Below, in pieces: positions 18,073 to 27,591 of a stretch of DNA of 64,000 bases. Every line of letters starts with the position of its first letter. Positions within the stretch are counted from its first letter, which is position 1. The stretch comes from Candidatus Komeilibacteria bacterium (lineage in GTDB: Bacteria; Patescibacteriota; Patescibacteriia; UBA1558; 2-01-FULL-52-15): the NCBI GenBank assembly GCA_043801745.1, contig JAZDLR010000010.1:10509-74508 (forward strand), read 5' to 3'. The notes beneath the pieces are model-generated. The model did no database searches, had not been told where the DNA came from, and was given only the letters and a program-made list of their open reading frames with translations. The position numbers were made by a program, and so were the translations under genes.

Positions 18073-18126
18073 GGTTATTATTATACCAGTTTTAACGGCT
18101 AACTAGAAGTGCCGCCGCTTGTTTGC

Positions 18127-18244
18127 AATACCTCATCCCAACCTTCTCCTTGAAAAGGAGAAGGGGGTAGCGCGTGGCGGAAAAGAGCGACTAGCCATTA
18201 ATTTACGTCCCTCTCCTTTTCAAGGAGAGGACAGGTGAGGTATT
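18127..18244. repeat. Palindromic MITE/REP-like element, copy 1
   Basis: Ends aatacctca/tgaggtatt; internal hairpins ccttctcctt-gaa-aaggagaagg and cctctcctt-ttc-aaggagagg. Confidence 0.8.
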
Positions 18245-18283
18245 CTATGATACCAATCATCCCCGTTTCTTTGGTCCAATTAC

Positions 18284-18715
18284 TTAACTACAACTAATCT
18301 GATAATTCTCTTTAATTACGCAGCTTTTCTTGGAAACTCCAACTACCGGCCACTTACGCTGCAGCTTGAAACTAATCTGGTATCCCTGTCCATCGCTAGT
18401 ATACGTGGCTTTACCGGCCGTCACCTCTCCTAGATAATAAATAATGCCAGCACCTCCGTTGGAATTTGAAATGCCGCTATCATTAACAACCACACCCTGC
18501 CGCAGATCTAACCCAACACTTTCCGGATACCCGGCGTGCTGACCATAATATCTTTCCAAACCTGAAGCCAAGGAACTTAGCTGCGACATCAGAGTAATAT
18601 CCCGCACCCGCGTCTGTCCGGCAATAATAAAGCCCAGCCACACACCCAAGGTAACTATGATAATAGCACCCGCTACCATCTGAAATTTATATTTGTCCCA
18701 ATAATCCCAAAACAT
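18284..18715 (-). CDS. Pilin-like protein without canonical prepilin leader
   Basis: TM helix then RVRD..LASGLERYY..YP (GspG-like); located in the pilin array. Confidence 0.65.
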   Translation of the reverse strand: MFWDYWDKYKFQMVAGAIIIVTLGVWLGFIIAGQTRVRDITLMSQLSSLASGLERYYGQHAGYPESVGLDLRQGVVVNDSGISNSNGGAGIIYYLGEVTAGKATYTSDGQGYQISFKLQRKWPVVGVSKKSCVIKENYQISCS

Positions 18716-18781
18716 ATACTAAGTATAGCACAATAATAAAAGGCCCAGAATTTCTCCTAAGCCTTTTAAGTCAAGCGTGAA

Positions 18782-19264
18782 TTAAGTATTAGCAGGGATA
18801 TCATCTACTACCATCGGAAAGACATCTTGTCTACATCCACTTTCATCACACGCAAAACCGTCATCACCGGCCGCTGGATCATCTCCTCCTTCAGAAGCAT
18901 AGTAGTGGAACCTACCCTCAGATTGATTTGAGAGGGCATATCTTAACTGCCAAGTACCCTGCAAAGTTGGCCAGGTATTTCCCGGACCAGGAGTAGCACC
19001 AACGCACAAGGCATTACCGGAAGTCGGGATATCTGAGGTAGACCTCACACAAGCAGATGGGGTAGCAGTGTCACTACAATTCAAATTTCCATTACCATCT
19101 AAACACAGCACAACAATAGCTGCTAAGGAACTTAGAGATCCTTGAGCCTGCGCTGTCTGCGCTCTCTGACGGGCGCTATTTAAGTTAACAATGGCAATTG
19201 AGGACAGAATACCGATAATAGCAATAACAACCAATAATTCAATTAAAGTAAATCCTTTTTTCAT
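18782..19264 (-). CDS. Type IV pilin (probable major pilin)
   Basis: MKKGFTLIELLVVIAIIG; strong SD AAAGGGGGTGA and own TGCTATAAT promoter. Confidence 0.92.
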   Translation of the reverse strand: MKKGFTLIELLVVIAIIGILSSIAIVNLNSARQRAQTAQAQGSLSSLAAIVVLCLDGNGNLNCSDTATPSACVRSTSDIPTSGNALCVGATPGPGNTWPTLQGTWQLRYALSNQSEGRFHYYASEGGDDPAAGDDGFACDESGCRQDVFPMVVDDIPANT

Positions 19265-19407
19265 TCTGTCACCCCCTTTCTTGGACGGACCAAGAAGATT
19301 ACAATCTTGAGCTCAATGACTAGCGACTGTAGTTGCTTCTGATCACAGATAACTTATTAACACGACTTATATTATAGCACAAAAAACTTATATCTTAAAT
19401 CACTAAC

Positions 19408-19845
19408 CTATGATGTTCCATCTCTGCAGCCATCCTGATCGCAGCTAAATCTAACAGTTCCGTCACCTATTCTACTCGCATCAACCCAAAATGTCCTCCT
19501 TAATCGATCCGATTCTATAGTGCCTATGTCCCATCCAACATTTGATAAATTCGGCCAAACTCCGAGATTGTGATTACCCATGCATATAGGCGCTCCAGGA
19601 ACGGCTCCGCTATCGCCCTCACACCACCTTTCATCACTGCCGTCAGGCTGGCTACCGCAATTCAGCTCATGATCACCATCCATACAGAGAAAAATTATCG
19701 GCACCAATGACGACACATCTGCTTTAGCCTGAGCATCTCTAGCTGCTTGTCTGGTACTGGTATAATTAATAATGGCTATGGCTGTTAATATACCAATAAT
19801 AGCTATTACAACCAGAAGCTCTATCAGGGTAAATCCTTTTTTCAT
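19408..19845 (-). CDS. Type IV pilin paralogue
   Basis: MKKGFTLIELLVVIAIIG. Confidence 0.92.
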   Translation of the reverse strand: MKKGFTLIELLVVIAIIGILTAIAIINYTSTRQAARDAQAKADVSSLVPIIFLCMDGDHELNCGSQPDGSDERWCEGDSGAVPGAPICMGNHNLGVWPNLSNVGWDIGTIESDRLRRTFWVDASRIGDGTVRFSCDQDGCRDGTS

Positions 19846-19923
19846 AATTTTTTAAAAATTTATTTTAGTAAGATTATTATAACATATTCAATGAGTCCTA
19901 GCGAGACCGGGAAACGACCCAGA

Positions 19924-20508
19924 TCACAAACTATTTTGACAATTATTACCACTGCAGCAACCTTTCTGGCTACAGGTATAAATATAGTCCGTGGCGCCCA
20001 CGCCTTGCTGCGCGCCAAATAAATATTCTCCATCTTCCGGAGCTGTCACAATAGGGGTGTAGTTCCAACCGGAACGCAAAACCGGCCAGGCAAAGCTGCC
20101 TATTTGCTCATAATCAGGAGTCCTCTTAATGCATAGAGGCGCACCCGGCGTTGGGGGGGTCGAAACACCGGAGTTATTACAAATTCCATCAGCGCCAATA
20201 AGAGGAGAGACGCAATTTAAATCACCGCCGCTATCCAGGCACATAATTGCCAGCGGTACCAGATTGGCGATAGATACTTGTATATTGGCCAGTTCAGCTC
20301 TTTGCCTGGCGGAGGTGAGATTGATAATCGCGATAGACGACAAAATACCGATAATCGCTATTACCACCAGTAGTTCTATTAATGTGAACCCCGTTACACT
20401 TTTACGGCGAACGTGTTTCTTGTTGTCAGGATAGAATATTGACGTGCTTTGATTAATCATATTTATGTTAGAAGAGTAAAAGTGTAACGGGGTAAATCCT
20501 TTTTTCAT
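19924..20508 (-). CDS. Type IV pilin paralogue with 36-codon insertion in the leader
   Basis: MKKGF[TPLHF...KSVTGF]TLIELLVVIAIIG. Confidence 0.9.
   Translation of the reverse strand: MKKGFTPLHFYSSNINMINQSTSIFYPDNKKHVRRKSVTGFTLIELLVVIAIIGILSSIAIINLTSARQRAELANIQVSIANLVPLAIMCLDSGGDLNCVSPLIGADGICNNSGVSTPPTPGAPLCIKRTPDYEQIGSFAWPVLRSGWNYTPIVTAPEDGEYLFGAQQGVGATDYIYTCSQKGCCSGNNCQNSL
20388..20493. mobile_element. 106-bp MITE-like element inserted in frame into the prepilin leader
   Basis: Perfect 18-bp terminal inverted repeats accccgttacacttttac (20388-20405) / gtaaaagtgtaacggggt (20476-20493). Confidence 0.85.
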
Positions 20509-20516
20509 AGATCTTT

Positions 20517-20652
20517 TACCTCACCCGCCTTCGCCCTTCGTTGCGCTCAGGGCTTCGGTGGGCAGGCCTGTCCTCTCCTTGTAAAGGAGAGGAACGAAAT
20601 TTAGATGTGCATCCTCCCTCTCCTTTTCTAAGGAGAGGGTTGGGGTGAGGTA
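20517..20652. repeat. Palindromic MITE/REP-like element, copy 2 (inverted relative to copy 1) with nested insert
   Basis: Ends tacctcaccc/gggtgaggta; same two CTCTCCTT..AAGGAGAG hairpins; extra ~43-bp hairpin at 20524-20566. Confidence 0.8.
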
Positions 20653-20673
20653 CTTAAAACATCGCCCCACAAA

Positions 20674-21882
20674 CTATTTAATAGCATTTGCCAGCTGGAA
20701 CATCGGCATCATCACAGCCATCACCATAAAAGCCACGCCAACACCCATAATCACCATAATTATCGGCTCAATTAAGGAGGTCAGACTAGATACTAAGGCC
20801 GTCACCTCACGGTCGTAAAAGGCGCTTAACCGTTCTAATATTTCATCAATCTTACCCGACTGTTCACCGATGGACATCATTTCCGCGACAATGTGCGGTA
20901 TAATTTTACTCTGCGCCATTACCGTGGTGATGGAATTACCGTCCTGAACTTCCTTAATAGTCTTTTCCAGAATATCGCGGAAAGCGGCGTTATCAACTAC
21001 TTCACTGGTAATCTCCAGGGCAGTAGAAATAGATACTCCTCCGCGGATCAAGGTGGATAAACTACGGCACATGCGCACAATAGTAATCTTCTGCACAATC
21101 ATGCCGAAAATCGGCAAACGCAATTTAACTTGATCCCAGGCTACCCGGCCCGGCTTACTCTGAATCCATAAACGCAAAATAATTAACGCTGCCAGAACAA
21201 CGATTCCCAGTGCCCACCAATAAGTTGCCATGAAGTTGCTAACCCCGATCAGCACCTTGGTTTGAATCGGTAACTGCGCCCCCGACTCTAATAACATAGC
21301 CGACATCTTGGGAATCACAAAAATCATCATGACCACGCCAACAACTATCAAACTCACGACTATAAAAGCCGGATAAACCATGGCACCTTTAATGCGGCTG
21401 GTCAGATCATAATCTTTCTCCATCTGGTCCGCCAAATAATTCAAAACTTCATCCAAACGTCCGCTAGTTTCACCGGAACGGATCATGGCCACGAAAAAGC
21501 GGCTAAAATATTTCGGGTGCTTGGCAAAGGCCTGGGAGATCTGCAAACCACCATCCACATCGTCAGCCATTTCCTTACACACCGCCTTGAGTTTGGGCTG
21601 CTCGGTCTGCGCGCTCAAGATCCGCAAAGCCGGTACGATCGGTACAGTCGCGGCTATCATTACTGACAACTGCCGGGCAAACATGACAATATCTTTCTGC
21701 CGGACAAACTTCAAACTTAAATTACTGATTCTGGCCTTGGTTTTAGTAGTCTGACGTAATTGCAGAACCACCAAATCTTTTTCGTTCAAGACTTCACTGG
21801 CCGCGGCTAAATTGGCCGATTCCACCACACCGCGGGAAATCACTCCTTGAGCGCTGATTGCTTTGTACTGAAATAGAGCCAT
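20674..21882 (-). CDS. pilC: Type IV pilus platform protein
   Basis: FARQLSVM, GETSGRL, AMVYP, GEQSG, LIEP. Confidence 0.96.
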   Translation of the reverse strand: MALFQYKAISAQGVISRGVVESANLAAASEVLNEKDLVVLQLRQTTKTKARISNLSLKFVRQKDIVMFARQLSVMIAATVPIVPALRILSAQTEQPKLKAVCKEMADDVDGGLQISQAFAKHPKYFSRFFVAMIRSGETSGRLDEVLNYLADQMEKDYDLTSRIKGAMVYPAFIVVSLIVVGVVMMIFVIPKMSAMLLESGAQLPIQTKVLIGVSNFMATYWWALGIVVLAALIILRLWIQSKPGRVAWDQVKLRLPIFGMIVQKITIVRMCRSLSTLIRGGVSISTALEITSEVVDNAAFRDILEKTIKEVQDGNSITTVMAQSKIIPHIVAEMMSIGEQSGKIDEILERLSAFYDREVTALVSSLTSLIEPIIMVIMGVGVAFMVMAVMMPMFQLANAIK

Positions 21883-21885
21883 AAA

Positions 21886-22959
21886 TTATTTACTGGCCAT
21901 TAGTTGCAGCGTTTTGGGATCAATCGCCGCCTTAAGCGCGTCCTCCAGGCTAACCACTCCTTGCTTAACTAAATCGGCTAAATGCCGGTCCAAACTGATC
22001 ATACCATCCTGCCGTGAGGTCATCAGCACATTATTCAACTGATAAAAATTAGCATCCCTAATTACGCTCTTGACCGCCGGATTAATAGTCAGCAGCTCAT
22101 AAGCCAGGGCCAGGCCGCCGCCACTTTTTGGCACTAAGCGCTGGGCCGTGGCTACCAGGAGATTATTGGACAGAACTTCCCGGGCCCAGACAGATTCTTC
22201 CGGCGAAAAAGCGCTCATAAAGCCCTCCAGCGAAGAAATAACCGACTGGCCGTTCATGGCCGCGATTACCAGTTTGCCGCTTTCTACCAATTGCAGGAGA
22301 GCCTTTTCCTGTCCCGTTTCCGACATCTGACTGATAACAACTATTTCCACGTCATCATTAAGCGCCTCACTCATGCCTTCCAAAAAACTGACAACATCTT
22401 TGCCAACCTCGCGCTGGTCAATGATGGATTTATTATTAACCAATAAATATTCCACGGGTTTTTCCAGGGTCAAAATATGTTTACCTGACCGCTGATTGAT
22501 ATATTCCACCAGACTTAAAACTGTAGTCGTGCGGCCGGAATTATATGGTCCAATGACCAGAATTAAACCCTTGGTCTGATCAACGGCATTAATTATCACC
22601 GAAGATAAACCCATATCTTTCGGCAATTTAGGAGTGCTGGCCAGGACCCGCAGTGACAAAGCCGGGTAACCTTTCTGATAAAAAATTTGCACGCGGAAAC
22701 GCGCCCGGTTAGCCCAGGTATAGGTTGTGACTAAATCGTGTTCCTGTTGCAGCCTCTGCCAATCTTCCGGCGGAATTATGCTTTCCACCAACGATTTAAT
22801 AATGTCGGGATTAATCAGCTGATCACCGGCCTGCGTCACCAGTTGACCGCCGATCCGCATCACCGGATAATTGCCGACAGTTAAATGAATATCACTGGCG
22901 CGCTTTTCCAGCGCGTCATTAAGAATCTTATTAATGAATAAAGTTTCGGCACTGGACAT
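21886..22959 (-). CDS. pilT: PilT-like protein with degenerate ATPase motifs
   Basis: ASDIHL, RFRVQIF, QREVG, AQRL, GMISLD; Walker A GPYNSGRT, Walker B VVISQM. Confidence 0.85.
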   Translation of the reverse strand: MSSAETLFINKILNDALEKRASDIHLTVGNYPVMRIGGQLVTQAGDQLINPDIIKSLVESIIPPEDWQRLQQEHDLVTTYTWANRARFRVQIFYQKGYPALSLRVLASTPKLPKDMGLSSVIINAVDQTKGLILVIGPYNSGRTTTVLSLVEYINQRSGKHILTLEKPVEYLLVNNKSIIDQREVGKDVVSFLEGMSEALNDDVEIVVISQMSETGQEKALLQLVESGKLVIAAMNGQSVISSLEGFMSAFSPEESVWAREVLSNNLLVATAQRLVPKSGGGLALAYELLTINPAVKSVIRDANFYQLNNVLMTSRQDGMISLDRHLADLVKQGVVSLEDALKAAIDPKTLQLMASK

Positions 22960-23336
22960 TATTTCAGCAAAATTCGCTTGATGCGGTCAACCACTTCTGA
23001 AGGCACAAAATGGGCTTTAATCAGATAATCCTCGGCTCCCAGACTAAGACAACGGTCAATGTGCTCTTTCTGACCGTAATTAGTCAGAACTAAAACCGGA
23101 ATATTTTTGGTCTCGGGATTTTTCTTCAATTCTTCCAGAACATCGAAACCGCTCATTATCGGTAACAGTAGATCCAACAGAATTAGATCGGGTTTTTCTT
23201 TGGTAGCTATCTTCAAGCCTTTAGCCCCGTCCATAGCCAGGTAAACCTGAAAGTTTTCCAATTCTAATTTGGTAGCGTACATCTGTACCAGGAAATCATC
23301 GTCTTCGACAATGAGAATGCGCTTCGGTGTAGTCAT
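22959..23336 (-). CDS. Single-domain response regulator
   Basis: ILIVEDD, PDLILLD, LT, GAEDYLIK. Confidence 0.95.
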   Translation of the reverse strand: MTTPKRILIVEDDDFLVQMYATKLELENFQVYLAMDGAKGLKIATKEKPDLILLDLLLPIMSGFDVLEELKKNPETKNIPVLVLTNYGQKEHIDRCLSLGAEDYLIKAHFVPSEVVDRIKRILLK

Positions 23337-23358
23337 TGGTGTAATTCTGTTAACTTAA

Positions 23359-25113
23359 TTATAAATCACTTTCGCTAGCGCGGAGTACTTCTTCGACGGT
23401 GGTGATACCGAGTAGAGCCTTAATAATACCGTCCTGCTCCATACTAATGAAATTTTGATTACGTAAAGCCTTCTCCACCTTGGCTGACTCAAAACCGGTG
23501 GCAATATTTTCGCGCATTTCCTTATTGACATTAATCGCTTCCACAATAGCAATACGCCCAGCATAACCGGTGTCGGCGCAACGCACGCAACCTTTGCCGT
23601 GGAAAAATTTGAGCGCTAATCCTGACTTGAGTCCACCATAATATCCGCCCTCGGGAACTGTCTTCATCTTGTCGGCGATTTTCGTCAGCACATCTTCGGG
23701 AATCTTCTGTTCTTCGCGGCAATTATCACAGACTTTGCGGACCAAGCGTTGAGCAATGATGACATTAATGGTTGAAGACAATAAAAACGGTTCAACTTTC
23801 ATATCCATCAGACGCGGTACAGCACCCAAGGCACTATTGGTATGTAGGGTAGAAAGTAAAAAGTGGCCGGTCAGAGCGGCCTGAATACCCAAGGAGGCGG
23901 TTTCATTATCACGGATTTCACCTACCATGATAATATCCGGATCCTGACGCAGTAGAGAACGCAGACCATTAGCAAAGGTGTATCCTACCTCCGGACGGAT
24001 TTGCGATTGATTAACTCCTTTAACGTAATATTCCACCGGATCTTCCAAAGTCGTGATATTAATGGCATCGCGATTCAAAACAGCTAAGACAGCATACAAA
24101 GTGGTTGACTTACCTGATCCGGTCGGACCAGTAACCAGGAACATTCCATTAGGTTTCTTAATATTAGCCTCAGCAATTATTTTCTGATTGCCCATATAGC
24201 CCAGATCCTCCAACGTTGGCGGTTTATCCGGCGTAGCCAAAATACGCATCACCACCTTCTCATTACCGATTAAGGGAATAACCGAGATACGGAAATCAAT
24301 ATCTTTCTTATGTATTGTCAGGCGGATACGTCCATCTTGTGGCGCCCGCGTTTCATCAATTTTCAAATTGGCCATAACCTTAATGCGCGATACTAAAGCG
24401 GCGTGAACATAAATCGGCAAAACAATGGTAGTGTGCAAAATACCATCAATTCTATAGCGTACCCGGCTCTGATCCCCTACCGGCTCTACATGAATGTCGG
24501 ACGCGCGGCCTTCAATGGCGTGACGCAAAATGACGGAAATGATTTTAGTAACCGGCGCGCTTTTGATGACATCTTCTACTGCCCCACCTTCATCAAAATC
24601 TTTGATTTCTTGCTTGGGAGCAAAAATACCTTCCGCGATATCCAAGGCCTCACCCACTTCTTCACCCAGAGTCTCATACTGTTTCGCTGCTGCCCGGAAA
24701 CTATCGACGGAAATGATGTAATATTTGACTTTGAGGTTATTCTTGCGGGCAATAAACTCTGCTGCTTCCATTGCCTTCAGGTTGGTCGGATCCACCATAC
24801 CGGTTTTCATGAATTGCTCGTCGCGGTCAAAAACTACAATCTGATAATTTTCAGCAATATCGTGCGGTAAAGAATTCAGCATAACTGCCGGCACTACTTT
24901 ACCCACTAAATTGACATATTCCACGCCCAAGGCCGCACCTTTAAATTGTGTCCATTGTTCATCGGAAACAAATACTTCCCGCCGGATAGCCTTCTCCGCC
25001 TCACCCATAGTATTCAACGACTGAGCTGACCAGGCAGCGTGCTGCGGCTGGTCAATCAAATGTTGACTATATAACAAGTCAATAAGATGCTGAACCCGGT
25101 TATTATTGGGCAT
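23359..25113 (-). CDS. pilB: Type IV pilus extension ATPase
   Basis: ASDIHVEP, GPTGSGKST, LRQDPDIIMVGEIRD, TLHTN, tetracysteine motif. Confidence 0.97.
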   Translation of the reverse strand: MPNNNRVQHLIDLLYSQHLIDQPQHAAWSAQSLNTMGEAEKAIRREVFVSDEQWTQFKGAALGVEYVNLVGKVVPAVMLNSLPHDIAENYQIVVFDRDEQFMKTGMVDPTNLKAMEAAEFIARKNNLKVKYYIISVDSFRAAAKQYETLGEEVGEALDIAEGIFAPKQEIKDFDEGGAVEDVIKSAPVTKIISVILRHAIEGRASDIHVEPVGDQSRVRYRIDGILHTTIVLPIYVHAALVSRIKVMANLKIDETRAPQDGRIRLTIHKKDIDFRISVIPLIGNEKVVMRILATPDKPPTLEDLGYMGNQKIIAEANIKKPNGMFLVTGPTGSGKSTTLYAVLAVLNRDAINITTLEDPVEYYVKGVNQSQIRPEVGYTFANGLRSLLRQDPDIIMVGEIRDNETASLGIQAALTGHFLLSTLHTNSALGAVPRLMDMKVEPFLLSSTINVIIAQRLVRKVCDNCREEQKIPEDVLTKIADKMKTVPEGGYYGGLKSGLALKFFHGKGCVRCADTGYAGRIAIVEAINVNKEMRENIATGFESAKVEKALRNQNFISMEQDGIIKALLGITTVEEVLRASESDL

Positions 25114-25465
25114 TGGTCGTTGTGGAATTGGACGGCAAATTAAGCGGTAAAAAGGGATTATTCCGGCTATAGGCTCCGATTTCTATCGGAACAATAGCTT
25201 TATCTGATAGTTTAAGATATTGTTCATTATTTAGTAGCTTCTGCCATAAACCAGTGGAAGATAAATTATTAAGCGAGCGCTGAATCTGCGAATCAAAAGC
25301 CTGAATATTATTTATGGCCTGCTGTACCGGCTTCACCACCGGCGCCGAGCCCGAAGGCCAAGGTAAATTCAGACCCAAAGAATCACCGAAGCTGGAATAC
25401 AATATCCAGCCCGAAGCTATTAAGGCCAGCAATGAGATGACTAATAGGATTCTCTCTTTATTCAT
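25103..25465 (-). CDS. Hypothetical membrane-anchored protein (PilP position)
   Basis: N-terminal TM, RNNPF motif, between pilO and pilB. Confidence 0.7.
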   Translation of the reverse strand: MNKERILLVISLLALIASGWILYSSFGDSLGLNLPWPSGSAPVVKPVQQAINNIQAFDSQIQRSLNNLSSTGLWQKLLNNEQYLKLSDKAIVPIEIGAYSRNNPFLPLNLPSNSTTTNAQ

Positions 25466-25466
25466 A

Positions 25467-26201
25467 TTAAGATGTTGGTGTGGTAGTCGCAGCCGCTGTC
25501 GTCAGACGGTAGTAGGTCTTCAGAATGATCTGAAATCCCGGGAAGACTCCGGATTTAGCGTCAGCCGGATCAAACGCGACCGACTGAACATCATAGAGCC
25601 GCAAATTAGATTCTAGAGCAGACAATAAATTCTTAATTTGGGTATAATCACCCGGACCAACACCGATGGTTAGCTGCAAACTACGGACATTTTTGGGCAA
25701 GACTTCAATTAGTTTTTCCGCCGGTTGCTGCGCCTTCTGTGCCGTTGGCGTGCGGCGTTCACTGACGGGTGTCTCCACGGGCTTGGTAATATCAATCCCT
25801 TTTAACTTCAGGCCGTTAGCCCGGACCAAAACATCAGCCTGAACAAAGAGAGAGGCATAATCCGGTTCAGTGGGAATTACCGCCGAAACCCGATTAATAT
25901 CCTGCTGCCGCGACTGCCGCAAAGCTGTATATTCCTCGTTTAACTTCAGTAATTTTTCTTGCAGATCACTGAGGTCGGTTAAGGTCTGCTGACGGCCAGG
26001 TAAAAAAGTCTGACTTTTATTATAAAGGGCGATAAATTTGGGTCCTAAAATAAACCAATAAACCAAGCCTATAATTATAATTACCGCCAAGGCAATTAAC
26101 CACCACAGATAGACGTTAATCAACTGCAAGAGCTGACCGGCATTTTCCAGCGCTATCTTAGGCTTGGTAACTGGTTTTCTATTGTTGAGTTGAGCTGGCA
26201 T
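25467..26201 (-). CDS. pilO: PilO-like alignment protein
   Basis: TM, coiled coil, GDY..IKNLLSALESNLRL; synteny. Confidence 0.8.
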   Translation of the reverse strand: MPAQLNNRKPVTKPKIALENAGQLLQLINVYLWWLIALAVIIIIGLVYWFILGPKFIALYNKSQTFLPGRQQTLTDLSDLQEKLLKLNEEYTALRQSRQQDINRVSAVIPTEPDYASLFVQADVLVRANGLKLKGIDITKPVETPVSERRTPTAQKAQQPAEKLIEVLPKNVRSLQLTIGVGPGDYTQIKNLLSALESNLRLYDVQSVAFDPADAKSGVFPGFQIILKTYYRLTTAAATTTPTS

Positions 26202-27591
26202 GAGCGTAATAAAAAAGCTGATTATTCAGTTGCAGATCAATGGAAAAAGTCACTCCCGACCCGGAGTCTTGAACACTATTAATATTGACAGAAGTAATAA
26301 ATTCTTTAGCTTCGGGCGACTGCAGCAATTTCAGTTGCCGGGCCGCTGTCATAAAATCTGTGCCGTGAGCAGTCAAAGTCAAATTTCCACTTATGCCTGA
26401 AGCAAAACGGTCAAAATAAACATCAGTCACAGTATACTTCTCCAACAAGGTAAAAAATTGAGTCCAGTAGATATGTTTGCCTAATAAAGATTCAATATCC
26501 CGGATCTGATTCTCAATAGCCGCTATCTGATCCTTCAGCCCCTGAAATTTAAGAATTTCCGTTTCCGCTGTCTGGATCTTGGTATCAACTTCAGCTGTCT
26601 GCCGCTCAATCTCCCGATCCCACAACAGCAGGCCGCCATATGCCGCTGCCATTACTATTACTGTCACAATGATAGCCGTAAAAAATATTGATTGTACCTG
26701 AGACCAGCTTTTGACCGTAATGGAAGTCGGAATCAAATTAACGCCAAAAACCGACTTGGGATGATCCTTACTTTTGATCTTAGCGGTAAAAACTCCCGTG
26801 GGGAAATGAAAGCCCTTAGCGGCCGGCTTGTCCGGAGTTTCCGGCGCTGACGGAACCGGCGGCTTGACCACCGGCACGGCCGGTAAGAGCTTTTCCGCCA
26901 CTTCTTCCGGCTGGGGCGGCTGCGGTGGCAAAGCAGGAGTTATTGGTTCAACCGGTGGTTGCTGTGGTAACGGCACCGGAACCGCTTCCGGCTTGACCAA
27001 GGGTACTTCGGGCAGCTCCTGGGAAATTTTCATATCGGGCTTAGGTATACTAATGGCGGCCGCTTCTGAGACCAGCTCGGTCTTATTCCCAGCTGGCTGA
27101 CCAGCGGAATCAATGTCCATATCGCCGATCTGACGTTCCAAATTGTGTTGCTTCTGACGCCGTTCCTGATTAAAAATACTGTTATCATTCTCCGGCAAAG
27201 GCAGCCCTTTCTTCTGAAAGACCTCCCGAAGTATATGGTGACGCAAAGCTTCTTCTTTGGCCCGTTCCAATTCTTCTTGCTCTTGCCGTTTCTTGCTGGG
27301 AATTAAACGGAAAGACAATTTACTCTTCGGTAGTTCACCGGCCTCCGATTTAACCTTTATCTTCTTGGCCTTCGGTTGACGGCCAAACCAAGAACGAAAA
27401 GAAAACCACGGCACCTTACCTTCGGGTACGTCGGCGTCAATTTTTTTGGGTCGCCGCAATTCCACTTGCTGTTCCGGCGTTGAAGCCAATTCCTTGACTT
27501 CTTTCTGACGCATATCATCGGGCAGCAGATTAATGCCGCTTTTCTCGTCGTTTTGTTTCCAATCAAAATCGGCCATGGTTTTAAATATCAC
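26179..27591 (-). CDS. pilN: PilN-like protein with long Pro-rich N-terminal extension
   Basis: VNLIP then TM, coiled coil, HIYWT; second INLLP near the N-terminus; synteny. Confidence 0.8.
   Translation of the reverse strand: MIFKTMADFDWKQNDEKSGINLLPDDMRQKEVKELASTPEQQVELRRPKKIDADVPEGKVPWFSFRSWFGRQPKAKKIKVKSEAGELPKSKLSFRLIPSKKRQEQEELERAKEEALRHHILREVFQKKGLPLPENDNSIFNQERRQKQHNLERQIGDMDIDSAGQPAGNKTELVSEAAAISIPKPDMKISQELPEVPLVKPEAVPVPLPQQPPVEPITPALPPQPPQPEEVAEKLLPAVPVVKPPVPSAPETPDKPAAKGFHFPTGVFTAKIKSKDHPKSVFGVNLIPTSITVKSWSQVQSIFFTAIIVTVIVMAAAYGGLLLWDREIERQTAEVDTKIQTAETEILKFQGLKDQIAAIENQIRDIESLLGKHIYWTQFFTLLEKYTVTDVYFDRFASGISGNLTLTAHGTDFMTAARQLKLLQSPEAKEFITSVNINSVQDSGSGVTFSIDLQLNNQLFYYAHASSTQQ

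Noticed and set aside
18782-20508. Diversity-generating retroelement or shufflon acting on the pilins
   Set aside because: No reverse transcriptase or recombinase in the window, no near-identical TR/VR pair seen, and each pilin is a complete gene.
18127-20652. CRISPR array
   Set aside because: Only two long palindromic copies, inverted and 2.3 kb apart; no regular repeat-spacer pattern and no cas genes.
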